Program-made: the position numbers and the translations under genes | Shown: positions 40,786 through 50,258 of the stretch, one piece after another | Layout: every line of letters begins with the position of its first letter | Numbering within the stretch: the first letter of the stretch is position 1 | The notes under the pieces: generated by a model | Databases searched by the model: none | Told to the model about the DNA's origin: nothing | What the model saw: the letters and a program-made list of their open reading frames with translations, nothing else | Source: an uncultured Alcaligenaceae bacterium | Lineage (GTDB): Bacteria > Planctomycetota > Planctomycetia > Gemmatales > Gemmataceae | DNA: 64,000 nucleotides | Assembly (NCBI GenBank): GCA_964423615.1 | Contig: CAYRFQ010000011.1 | Coordinates: forward strand, 84,548 to 148,547 | Direction of reading: 5' to 3'

Positions 40786-41565
40786 ATGCCTTGGATACGA
40801 TATGGACTGGTTCTGACCGTTATGACGGCATCGGTTGCGGCGACACAAGGTGGGATTTTCGGCCGACGACAAACACCGGAACAATCTGCAAATCGTGTGG
40901 CCCAGTTGATCGTTCAAGCCCAAACCGAGACAAACTACTACAAGCGTGCAACAGCGATTTCCCAGCTCCGTGAATACAGCGCGGCAAAATATCCAGAGAT
41001 TATTCCCGTTCTGGTTCAGGCGCTTCAAACGGATCAGGCTATTACCGTTCGGATTGAGGCAGCCCGGAGCCTTGGTCGTATTCGTCCGTTAACTTCGATG
41101 GCCAAATCGGCTTTGTCTCATGCCTCGACGGGAGATTCTGCATTTCGTGTTCGGTGGCAGGCTCGCACTTCGTTGATGTACTACAATGTGGTTGGTCTGA
41201 ACCCCAACAACCATGCTAAGTCTGGTGGGAACGATCCGAAGGTAGTCATCTCGCCTCCGTCGGGCAGCCCTCGCACTTCACCCTTGGGAGCACCTGGTGA
41301 ATTGCTGGTTCCAAGCCACCCCACCTCCGTCGAGTATCCGCGACCGCTTCCGAAAGGCCCTGCAGCACCGCTGAAGCCCAAACAATCCGAACCGCCACTA
41401 GCGGTCCCTGTGCCGGTCGGCTCGCCTCAACAGCCACGTCCGGTCGAAGTTCCGCCGATTCCCTTGCCACACATTCCTGTCGCCCCTCCACCTTTACAAG
41501 GCAACCCGAACCAACAGATTCGAACGACAACGCCTCCGGTCTTGCTTGCCCCTCCACCAGAATAA
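40786..41565 (+). CDS. Secreted HEAT/PBS-lyase-like repeat protein with Pro-rich C-terminal tail
   Basis: A signal peptide (MPWIRYGLVLTVMTASVAAT) is followed by HEAT-like repeats (IIPVLVQALQTDQAITVRIEAARSLGRI). The last ~110 aa are P-rich (PPLAVPVPVGSPQQPRPVEVPPIPLP...). Confidence 0.5.
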   Translation: MPWIRYGLVLTVMTASVAATQGGIFGRRQTPEQSANRVAQLIVQAQTETNYYKRATAISQLREYSAAKYPEIIPVLVQALQTDQAITVRIEAARSLGRIRPLTSMAKSALSHASTGDSAFRVRWQARTSLMYYNVVGLNPNNHAKSGGNDPKVVISPPSGSPRTSPLGAPGELLVPSHPTSVEYPRPLPKGPAAPLKPKQSEPPLAVPVPVGSPQQPRPVEVPPIPLPHIPVAPPPLQGNPNQQIRTTTPPVLLAPPPE

Positions 41566-41743
41566 CAGACCTGGTGACCAAGAGACGCTCAAGTAAGTAC
41601 CTGGTCAAAAATGGCCCAGGCTGGGATGGAGGTTGGCCTTGGGACGAAAAATAACGATGCGGATAGATTTGTCGCCGTGGGCGAATGGCGAATATCCTCG
41701 CCTTTCAAATTGCTGGACAGACGCTTCATGAACTTCGCAGTTC

Positions 41744-42571
41744 TCAGTTAGATCGCAATCCCACCTCGGTCATGAGTTTGGCGGTCTTGTCGTAGGCTTC
41801 CTGAACCCATTCGACGATCTTGTCGGGTTCGGGGGAATACTCCAACTCGATACTGATCGCGGCATCGTCAATTCCCAGTTCTTTGATTTCTTTCAGGTAC
41901 GGCACAAAGTCGACGACACCACGACCGGGCGGTAAGTCTCCGTGGACTTTTCCATCACAATCGCTCAGATGGACGTGGATCGTTTTTCCTTTGAGACGTT
42001 TGATCTGTTCGGCTGGGGTATCCGATAGATGAAGGTGAGATATGTCGATGTTGGCTTTCACAGCCGGGTGGTCAACGTCTTCGAGAAACTGAACCATCGT
42101 GTCGACGTCATTGATCAAAGAGAGTTTGAACGGCTCGAGTTCGAGGGCAATTTCCAGGCCCAGATCCTCAGCATATTCTCCAAGTTCGCGGACATTACCG
42201 ACGCCCGTTCTCAATTGCTCCTCGGGCGGAATGACTTCCTTCTGCCAAATGTACTCCCCAAGGACGAGTAACAAATTTTTGGCTTCGTATTCGTAGGCCA
42301 GATCCAAATATTCGCAACATCGGTCGAGATGAAACTGTTGGACGGTGGGGTTGAAGTCGATCAATCCGACGGCCACACAAGCTATACTGACGATCGGGAG
42401 CCCAGCCTTATCGCATTCTTGTTTTATGAGCCGACGCTCCTTGATGTCCATCTCCATCGGATCGGCGAATATGTCAATCGTGTCGAACCCGATTTCTTTT
42501 GTCTTGCGGATGCCATAGGCCGTATCTTGACCGGCTTGGGCCCAAGCAGAGTTGATCAATCCCAGTTTCAT
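41744..42571 (-). CDS. Sugar phosphate isomerase/epimerase (xylose-isomerase-like TIM barrel)
   Basis: MKLGLINSAW... is followed by metal-binding-style segments (LELEPF..., IHVHLSDCDG..., SIELEY). Confidence 0.7.
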   Translation of the reverse strand: MKLGLINSAWAQAGQDTAYGIRKTKEIGFDTIDIFADPMEMDIKERRLIKQECDKAGLPIVSIACVAVGLIDFNPTVQQFHLDRCCEYLDLAYEYEAKNLLLVLGEYIWQKEVIPPEEQLRTGVGNVRELGEYAEDLGLEIALELEPFKLSLINDVDTMVQFLEDVDHPAVKANIDISHLHLSDTPAEQIKRLKGKTIHVHLSDCDGKVHGDLPPGRGVVDFVPYLKEIKELGIDDAAISIELEYSPEPDKIVEWVQEAYDKTAKLMTEVGLRSN

Positions 42572-42667
42572 GATGGTCTTCCCGGTGTCGAACAAAAAGC
42601 AAAGAAGAAAAGAGCAGCTCTTTTAGACTCGATTTTCTCCGGTCGATCACCGGGTGTCCAGGAACTT

Positions 42668-43888
42668 TCAGGCGACTGCCGCGAGTAACCCCTCGGCGTG
42701 TTCGGCTTCTTCGTTGCGGATGAAGGTGATTTGTTCTTTCAAGTCGGTGAGAATGTCCCGAATGTGGTCCTCAGTTAAGGGAAATTCGTTCTGGATTTCG
42801 GCCTCCACTTTTTCCAACTTATTCGTCGTGGAACCTAGCGTTTTTTCTCCCTTGGCACCTTTCTCGGCATAGACTTTGGCTCGCTTGGTGATCAACTCCT
42901 TGGCCGCCTTGAAGGGTTTGATGTCGTCGGGCAAGGCACAGTTGGCCAGTTCCTTCCATCGGTCATGAAGCACTTGGTACCCACCAGCGAGTTCTTCGAG
43001 CGTTGGGTTCTCGAGGATGTCAGCAGCTTCGACAAGGAAATCATGATACAAGGCCCGGTGGAGTCCTCCGACATCGCTGAGAGTTTCGATCGAAACGTAG
43101 ACGTCGCGGAGGGCTCGGTACATCAACCCATCGCGATAGAGTTTGAGCCAACCGTCCTTGTTTTTGTCGTTATCGATGAGCTTGACCCATTTGTCTAGCC
43201 CGGCGAGAGTGAACGTGCCGATTCGGCCACGAAGCATCGACTCGGCGCAGGCTCGAATTCCCAACGTTACCGCTGATTGGAGTTGTTTGAGCGAAACGTC
43301 ACCTGTGGAGTGCAACGTGAAGGTACGGTTCTTGTGACTGCAAACTCCGGCCCGAGCCTCTGCGAGTTGTTCGAGCGAAAGTGTCCATTTTGTCGGGGCT
43401 CGGTCGTTGACCAAGGCGACATTGTTTCCTTCGTCCACACCGGAAACGAGGAACTGTCCCATGAACCCGTCGCAAGCGTCGTGCGAATTCAAAATAAATG
43501 GGATTTTTGGTCTCGAACACCAGACGATTGTGGGGTGTCCTTGCTCGAGTTCATCGATAAGGTTCTGCAAGGCCTTCTTCTTCGCAGAGGTTTCGGTGAT
43601 GTGGGAATCCAGTTCCAATCGGTCGCAGAACTCTTGATACCAACTCGAATCCGTGGCCATGGCCTTGTATCGCCCGACGATATGGAGTCCAGTTCCCATC
43701 CCGTGACGAACGACCGATGGACAGAAAGAGTATCCGGCCCCAATTCCTCCCGCCACGCCGAAACACAAGGCTTCGGAAAATAACTCGTGGGTTTTGGGAT
43801 GGGTCACACCAACAAACGCCATCAGATTCCTCAAGTTCGTGGAATCCGTGAGGACCCCTCCGGCGTGTTCATAATTCGCAACTTGCAT
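42668..43888 (-). CDS. Hypothetical protein (possible BtrH_N-like papain-fold N-domain + C-terminal helical domain)
   Basis: A ~405-aa protein with no secretion signal. The N-domain has a conserved-looking Cys/His (ALCFGVAGGIG...SFCPS...H). The assignment is tentative. Confidence 0.45.
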   Translation of the reverse strand: MQVANYEHAGGVLTDSTNLRNLMAFVGVTHPKTHELFSEALCFGVAGGIGAGYSFCPSVVRHGMGTGLHIVGRYKAMATDSSWYQEFCDRLELDSHITETSAKKKALQNLIDELEQGHPTIVWCSRPKIPFILNSHDACDGFMGQFLVSGVDEGNNVALVNDRAPTKWTLSLEQLAEARAGVCSHKNRTFTLHSTGDVSLKQLQSAVTLGIRACAESMLRGRIGTFTLAGLDKWVKLIDNDKNKDGWLKLYRDGLMYRALRDVYVSIETLSDVGGLHRALYHDFLVEAADILENPTLEELAGGYQVLHDRWKELANCALPDDIKPFKAAKELITKRAKVYAEKGAKGEKTLGSTTNKLEKVEAEIQNEFPLTEDHIRDILTDLKEQITFIRNEEAEHAEGLLAAVA

Positions 43889-44141
43889 GGATGCCTCGCG
43901 TGGTGGTGTCATTCGAGTGACAACGGACCGTCATCCTGATCTCACCCCAAAAGTGGTGGATACGTGTTGTAAACTGATCGGTCTAGTAACGGCTATGTCA
44001 GTAGTCGGAAATGTGCGGTGTGAGGTATTCCAGTTGGTGGGAGTGGCACACCCGCCAGATCCGGGATTGTCCGGACTTTTTATAAGTGTTATCTTGCTTA
44101 CCCGTTTTAACAACAATCTACCGGATGCGAGGGACCGCACC

Positions 44142-47100
44142 GTGCAAGTGAGCCTCATCAGTTTTAACGCCAGGGAAGGCGATGCCATCGGACTCCAGGT
44201 CGTAACCCAAGCGAACTTCTTTCGCGAACGCGGTTCGTCGGTCCGGGTCTATGTTCAGCAGACGCAAGCGATCCATCCCGATCTAGAAAAATCTGTGCAG
44301 GCCATTCCCGATGGATTGTTGTCGGCGGAAGAATGGGAATATCTCCAATCGTCGGATTTGATCATCGCGCAATACGGTCAGCACTACGAGTTGCTGGATC
44401 ATCTCCCCGGGTTGGTTCGTGCCAAGCCGAGGATTCTTGTCGACTATCACGGAGTGACGCCACCTCACCTGTGGGGCACGCACAACAATAAAGCCTTGGT
44501 CCAGGGCGTCCGGCGACGGGACCTACTTTGGTTTGCCGATGCCATTTTGACTCACAGTGATTTCACGACGAACGAACTCAAGCGTTTTGGTATTCCAGCT
44601 GGCCGCATCTGGAAAGTAAGGTATGCCATCGATCTGCCGGAACTCGATCAGGAACGGTCCCGGAATCGATTCCGTCAACGTATGGGATTTCGTGAGCAAC
44701 GAGTTCTGTTGTATGTGGGTCGGTTCGCGGCCAACAAACGGGTTCCGTTACTCGTCGAATCGCTCAAGAGTCTTGTCAGTGTTGGGGAAGATGCCCACCT
44801 TTGTTTGGTCGGAGACACCAGTGATCTTTACCAACAAGAACTGGAAAAAGTCGCGACAGCATCGGCCGATTACGAACTTTCGGACCGCGTTCATGTTTTG
44901 GGCCATCTCGTTGGCACGGCCTTGTACGATGCGTTTTGTGGCAGCGATGTATTCGTCACCGCTTCGGAATGGGAGAGTTTCTGTATTCCCCTTGTGGAAG
45001 CAATGCACTTCGGATTGCCCGTCGTCGGAGCCCGTGCGACCGCCATTCCCGGCACGATCGCGAATGATGGATTGACGTTCTCGTTGAACAACGCGTCGGA
45101 GCTTGCAGACGTCTTGGTACGGATGAATGAGCCTGGATCGGTCATTGCACCAGCCGGAAACCCGAGCGAGGAGAGGAAAGGTGTGCCAGCGCTGCGTTTG
45201 TCACACCCCACAAGCAAGCCTACCATCGGCATTGTCATCGACGATGGCTCCATCGTGAATGGGGTAACGAATTCACTCAAGACGATGGCTCGGTCTCTCG
45301 TCACAAGCGGCCACACGGTGGAAGTATTCGTGTCTGGAAAGCCCAAAGGAAATGAATCGGACGAGTTCCGCGGGGCGAAGGTTTCGTTCTACCAACCCGA
45401 GTCCGGACGTCCGGAAGTCGTTCAAGAAATCACGAGAGGCCTTCAACACAGCCGATGGCCAACTCCGGAGGAGCAAGAACGTTATCTCGATTCACTGCCC
45501 TCCTCCCCGTCTCTGGTGGACGCCGTACGATCCCGCACAGATGAATTGTCGGCAGTGATAGTTGGACCGTATTTGTCACGGTTGAGTGCGGAAGTCGTGG
45601 AGGCATGCCCAGAGAAAACGCTCCTCGTTCCGTGCTTTCATGACGAACGACAAGCTCACTGGCCAATGTGGCCTAGTGCCTATCGGCGGGTCGGCGGGTT
45701 TCTCTTTCACAGTCAAACGGAAGCGGACTTCGCTCATGCTCAACTTGGCTTCAACCACCCGAATTCCGAAATAGTTGAGACGTTTCTCGACGCACCCAAA
45801 CTCCACGCAAATCTCCCGCGACGATTGCAAGATCGACGGTATCTGGTTTATTGTGGACGCTACATTGCAGAGAAAAACGTGCCGCTGCTACTCGAATGGG
45901 CCGAGAGATACCAAGCCGCACATCCGGACCGATGGCAATTCGTTTTCATCGGCAGCGGATCGATTGCCATCCCAAAGGCCAAATGGGCCTTCGATCTTGG
46001 CGTTGTCTCCCGGGAGTATAAGGATGTCATTCTTGGCCATGCCGATGCGTTGATCCAACTGTCGTGCAACGAGTCGCTGTCGTTGGTGGCCCTGGAGGCG
46101 TGGCAACAAAGTACGCCGGTCATTGGACATCAGGACTGTGAGGTCCTCAGGGAGCACATGGAAAGTGCAGAAGGCGGTTCCTCTGGCTGGCTCGTTACGG
46201 ATTATCGTTCGTTTGCCGGAACCTTGAATTCGGTGTGGGAAAACGAAGATATTGCTCGAGTTGCTGGAGTAGCCGGCCGCCGGTTTGTGGAATCGAAGTA
46301 CCGAGACCAACAGAAGTTCACGGCGAAAATCGAACAGGCTGTGGATCGGTTGTCGATTTCCCTCGCCGAACAAATGCGAAGGCGTGGAGTCGCGCGGGCA
46401 ACACAGTACTCGCCGTTACGATGGCGAGAAACATTCACCGAAGTAGTGGAAAGAATCCTCCACCAAACGCCGCGTGAACCGCAACTGGCACTTGAGGTTC
46501 GGCGTCGAGTCGCCAAGCGGAAAGTTCCTGGTGGGACGCCTACTTATCTACTCCCCACACGAATTCGCAATTGGGGAGAATATCCGGTTGTCCCCGACGG
46601 ACCAATGCGTGTCGAGCTGTGTTCGCAGGCTATGGATCCAGAGACCAGTGAACCGGTAACCCGGGTAATGACGACAACGCTGCCGAAAACCGTTGCACCC
46701 GGCCAAACGATTTCGGCAGCGGTTCGAGTTCGGGTCCCGGAAGCACCTGGAAAATACCACGTCCGATTATGGGCGCGACTGGTTGAAGGGAACGACGAGG
46801 TCATGCCTCCTCGCGGAGACAAACTGACCAGTACCATGAAGTTACTTGTAACCGGGCAGGAAAAAGCGGATTCGCACCTTGGGTGTTCTGTCTTGATGGA
46901 TCACGTTCACGATGACATCCAAGAAGCCGAGGAACTTCAGAAACTCCCTGATGACTACCTCGATGTCACCCAAGGTACACTCGCGAAACTCAAGCGACGT
47001 ATCAAACACAAGCTGTTGAACAATTTCAAGGTGGCCTATGTCGATGTGCTTTCGCGGCAACAATCGGCGTTCAACCAACAAATTTTGAACGTCGTGAAGG

Positions 47101-47207
47101 AACTCGCTGAGTGCTGTGCTCTACTCGATCATGCTGTCGAGCAACTCCAACAGCAAGTCAACACCGCAAGCCAATCTTTACCCAAACGAGTCCGTCAGCG
47201 ACAATAA
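44142..47207 (+). CDS. Giant tandem glycosyltransferase (two GT4/family-1 domains) with C-terminal coiled-coil region
   Basis: GT4 domain 1 ends with the EX7E motif (SEWESFCIPLVEAMHFGLPVVG). GT4 domain 2 has NESLSLVALEAWQQSTPVIG. The C-terminal ~300 aa are helical and charged. The ORF opens at 43887, overlapping the upstream gene. The start is proposed at an in-frame GTG at 44142 (VQVSLISF...), with an alternative ATG at 43995. Confidence 0.65.
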   Translation: MQVSLISFNAREGDAIGLQVVTQANFFRERGSSVRVYVQQTQAIHPDLEKSVQAIPDGLLSAEEWEYLQSSDLIIAQYGQHYELLDHLPGLVRAKPRILVDYHGVTPPHLWGTHNNKALVQGVRRRDLLWFADAILTHSDFTTNELKRFGIPAGRIWKVRYAIDLPELDQERSRNRFRQRMGFREQRVLLYVGRFAANKRVPLLVESLKSLVSVGEDAHLCLVGDTSDLYQQELEKVATASADYELSDRVHVLGHLVGTALYDAFCGSDVFVTASEWESFCIPLVEAMHFGLPVVGARATAIPGTIANDGLTFSLNNASELADVLVRMNEPGSVIAPAGNPSEERKGVPALRLSHPTSKPTIGIVIDDGSIVNGVTNSLKTMARSLVTSGHTVEVFVSGKPKGNESDEFRGAKVSFYQPESGRPEVVQEITRGLQHSRWPTPEEQERYLDSLPSSPSLVDAVRSRTDELSAVIVGPYLSRLSAEVVEACPEKTLLVPCFHDERQAHWPMWPSAYRRVGGFLFHSQTEADFAHAQLGFNHPNSEIVETFLDAPKLHANLPRRLQDRRYLVYCGRYIAEKNVPLLLEWAERYQAAHPDRWQFVFIGSGSIAIPKAKWAFDLGVVSREYKDVILGHADALIQLSCNESLSLVALEAWQQSTPVIGHQDCEVLREHMESAEGGSSGWLVTDYRSFAGTLNSVWENEDIARVAGVAGRRFVESKYRDQQKFTAKIEQAVDRLSISLAEQMRRRGVARATQYSPLRWRETFTEVVERILHQTPREPQLALEVRRRVAKRKVPGGTPTYLLPTRIRNWGEYPVVPDGPMRVELCSQAMDPETSEPVTRVMTTTLPKTVAPGQTISAAVRVRVPEAPGKYHVRLWARLVEGNDEVMPPRGDKLTSTMKLLVTGQEKADSHLGCSVLMDHVHDDIQEAEELQKLPDDYLDVTQGTLAKLKRRIKHKLLNNFKVAYVDVLSRQQSAFNQQILNVVKELAECCALLDHAVEQLQQQVNTASQSLPKRVRQRQ

Positions 47208-47247
47208 AGAATCCAAAGACTCAGCTAAAATTTTCGGAGCTCAGGCA

Positions 47248-48174
47248 ATGCGATGTTTGGTTACTGGTGCGGCAGGGTTTATCGGTTCTCATCTCTGTGA
47301 ACGACTCCTCTCAGACGGGCACGAAGTCGTTGGCCTTGACGCTTTCATCCCCTACTATCCGCGGGCCATCAAGGAAACGTATCTCACGGGTTTGAGAGAT
47401 CACCAAGCGTTTACGTTTCACGAACTGGATCTTCGCAGCGACCCTCTCGTGGCGGCGACGGAGGGAGTGGAAGTGGTTTTCCATTTGGCGGCGATGGCTG
47501 GGCTCAGGAAGAGCTGGACGGACTTCGATCTCTATCAGAGCTGTAACTTGACGGCGACTCAGCGACTGATCGAAGCTGTCCGGGACTGTGACACACTCAA
47601 ACGTTTTGTGTATGCTTCGACTTCTTCGGTCTACGGGAGGTTTTCTTCGGGGAACGAGAGCTTGCCAACTCGGCCCACGTCGCCTTACGGTGTGACCAAG
47701 TTGGCGTCAGAGAATTTGTGTGGAGCGTTTGCGGAGGAATTCGGTCTGCCGTTGGTGATCATCCGGTACTTCTCGGTGTACGGGCCGCGGCAACGTCCCG
47801 ATATGGGTTACTGGAAGTTCATCAACGCGATCCTCAACGACGAAGAAATTACGGTGTTCGGGGACGGTCTGCAGGCTCGTGGCAACACCTACGTCACCGA
47901 CTGCGTCGAGGCGACGATGGGGGCCGTGGATTGCATCGTGGGTGAAGCCTATAACCTCGGAGGTGGAGAAACGGCTAACGTTTGGGACATCATTCGCAAA
48001 GTCGAAGCGATTCTTGGAAAGAAGGCGAAGGTCAAACAAGGTCCCGCTCGACCGGGGGATCAACGTTACACTTGTGCCGACACGTCGAAACTCAAACGAC
48101 ACATCGGCTGGACTCCTAAAACGACTCTCGATGAGGGATTGGCCCAACAGGTGGAATGGCAACGGAAGAGTTAG
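47248..48174 (+). CDS. NAD-dependent sugar epimerase/dehydratase (extended SDR)
   Basis: MRCLVTGAAGFIGSHLCERLL is the GxxGxxG Rossmann motif. The catalytic YxxxK (PYGVTKLASE) is present. The ATG was verified at nt 47248. Confidence 0.85.
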   Translation: MRCLVTGAAGFIGSHLCERLLSDGHEVVGLDAFIPYYPRAIKETYLTGLRDHQAFTFHELDLRSDPLVAATEGVEVVFHLAAMAGLRKSWTDFDLYQSCNLTATQRLIEAVRDCDTLKRFVYASTSSVYGRFSSGNESLPTRPTSPYGVTKLASENLCGAFAEEFGLPLVIIRYFSVYGPRQRPDMGYWKFINAILNDEEITVFGDGLQARGNTYVTDCVEATMGAVDCIVGEAYNLGGGETANVWDIIRKVEAILGKKAKVKQGPARPGDQRYTCADTSKLKRHIGWTPKTTLDEGLAQQVEWQRKS

Positions 48175-48318
48175 AACCCAAGTACTTCGAGCCAGGAGAG
48201 AACGGACCAGGAGTTTTTGTAACTGGTTGATCGTTCAGAAAGCCGCGGATCGACCGCCGTTCCGCGGCTTCGGCTTTAGTCAGGAAACATAGATTCCCTT
48301 TGCCAACACCACGCTTGG

Positions 48319-49104
48319 CTACCGCTGGGGCCATTTCCCTTTGAAGACCTGAAGTGCCTCGTCGTGAACGAGTCCGTTGCTCGCCATGACGTCGCGACGG
48401 TAGATGGTCGAGTTGCCTTCCCAGTCGGTGAGTTTCCCACCAGCTTCGGCGATGATCGCAGCCAGAGCACAAAGGTCCCAGGGACTGCAGCCGTATTCGA
48501 ACATCATCTCGCCTGACCCTTGGGCCACCAACATGAAGCCCCAGAAATCGCCATAGCCACGTTGCCGTTCGGTCCGATGGATCAGTTCGAGAAAGGCTCC
48601 CTCGTTGCCTTTCTCCATGAACCATTTGAGGCTGGAATAGAAGAGGTGCGATTTCTCGAGGGTGTCAACGGTAGAAACCTTGATGGGTTTGTCGTTACAG
48701 TAAGACCCGTCTCCGCGTAAACCACGAAAGTTGATGCCGAGGGCCGGAGCGTCGGCAACCCCGGCGATTTGCTCGCCTTTGTACTCGAGGCCGACGAGCG
48801 TTCCCCAGATGGGGTTGCCACGGACAAAGCTACGGGTTCCATCGATCGGGTCAAGAATCCAACGATATCCCGAACTGCTCGGGATGTCTTCCATCTCCTC
48901 CCCGAGGAAGCCGTCGTCGGGAAACTTCTCGCTCACGATCTCACGGATCATGATTTCGGCTTCTTTGTCGGCGATGGTGACGGGGCTTTCGTCGGCCTTC
49001 CATTCGACTTCAAAGTCGGTGTCGAAGTAGCTGAGGGCATGTTTTCCGGCTTTGGCGGCGGCTTCTTGGGCCACCTCGTATCGGTTTCGCCAGTCGGGAT
49101 TCAT
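48319..49104 (-). CDS. Inositol monophosphatase / histidinol-phosphatase (IMPase) family protein
   Basis: Motifs ...GEEMEDIPS..., WILDPIDGTRSFVRG and WDLCALAAIIAEAGG are present. The start is trimmed to MNPDWRN, verified at nt 49104. Confidence 0.8.
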   Translation of the reverse strand: MNPDWRNRYEVAQEAAAKAGKHALSYFDTDFEVEWKADESPVTIADKEAEIMIREIVSEKFPDDGFLGEEMEDIPSSSGYRWILDPIDGTRSFVRGNPIWGTLVGLEYKGEQIAGVADAPALGINFRGLRGDGSYCNDKPIKVSTVDTLEKSHLFYSSLKWFMEKGNEGAFLELIHRTERQRGYGDFWGFMLVAQGSGEMMFEYGCSPWDLCALAAIIAEAGGKLTDWEGNSTIYRRDVMASNGLVHDEALQVFKGKWPQR

Positions 49105-49177
49105 GGTCGTTGGATTCCTTATTTCTTCACGGCGTCGTTGCACTTGGGTGGACGAGTTTGGCTTTTGGGGCACTTGG

Positions 49178-49981
49178 CTAAATGTGTATGCCGTGCTGTC
49201 TTAGCCACGGGACAGCCCATTCGGCGAGGTTACGAGACAGCGGCAGAAAGGGATCGTCTGTGTAGTCGATCCGACGGCCAAAACCACCAGCTTCGTAACA
49301 CCGAGCCAGGAGGGTTTGCAGGTCCAGGACCAGATCCGGATCGCTGCCCGCAACCGGAACGGCTACCTTCGGTAACCGATCTCTGAGGGTGAATCCCCAC
49401 ACTTCGCAAAATTCACGACCTCCGCTGCGAGAGAGACTGACAAGGTAGTGGGACTTGCCGCGACGGAGGATTCGTTCTTGCGGAGCCAAGACGGTGTGGA
49501 CCCCGGTCCGAAGCAGATCGATTTCGAGTATATGACTGTCGTCAGCCAGAGCCTTTCTTTGTCGTGTGCGATACAGTTCATGGCCCTTGTTCCCAATTGT
49601 TTTATTGGGGAAGCTGAGAAACTCAATAACCGTGAGAGGCTCATCGCGTCCCGTCGTAGCGAAAATTTCGACGTAGTATTCGCGGAGTTCCTCGTGCGTC
49701 GAAGGGATGTTCCATGGTGGCGTGACGGCGGACTCAGGTTCGTTGGGATGGGTGAAGTGGTTGTTCGAGGGAGTGATGCATAATGGACTCGGTGAAAGGT
49801 GGTCCGAAATGTCTATTTCGGCTTCGGTCCGGTAAACGCGGTCTTGGATGTTCACAAGGTAGCGGCGCGGCAGAACTTCTGTGAGGGTATCGGCCAGGTG
49901 AGTTATGAAATATTGTTGGAGATCGTGCCACAGGATTGGATGTTCCAGGTAAGGGTCCATTCCAGGGAAGGGACTGGACAT
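49178..49981 (-). CDS. DUF4058-family hypothetical protein
   Basis: The N-terminus MSSPFPGMDPYLEHPILWHDLQQYFITHL is characteristic of the DUF4058 proteins common in Planctomycetes and cyanobacteria. Confidence 0.55.
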   Translation of the reverse strand: MSSPFPGMDPYLEHPILWHDLQQYFITHLADTLTEVLPRRYLVNIQDRVYRTEAEIDISDHLSPSPLCITPSNNHFTHPNEPESAVTPPWNIPSTHEELREYYVEIFATTGRDEPLTVIEFLSFPNKTIGNKGHELYRTRQRKALADDSHILEIDLLRTGVHTVLAPQERILRRGKSHYLVSLSRSGGREFCEVWGFTLRDRLPKVAVPVAGSDPDLVLDLQTLLARCYEAGGFGRRIDYTDDPFLPLSRNLAEWAVPWLRQHGIHI

Positions 49982-50258
49982 GGCTTACCTCCCTTGGACA
50001 AGGCTGTTTCGTCCTTTTGGACAATCCTCATCGCATAGGCCCACAAATACGGCACGCGGCTGCATCGAGGGCCTCATTCGAACAGTCCAGGGATGTAGAA
50101 GGTTTGCTACGTAATACATTCTGCCATTATGACGATCGACAGCTGGAACGGCAATGGGCCACGTTGTTTACGTCGTTCCTCTGGTTTTCGGACGGCTCCG
50201 CTGTCCAAGAGGCTCTGGGCCATGACCTGGCAAGCCTCCTAAACAAACGGTGACCGGT

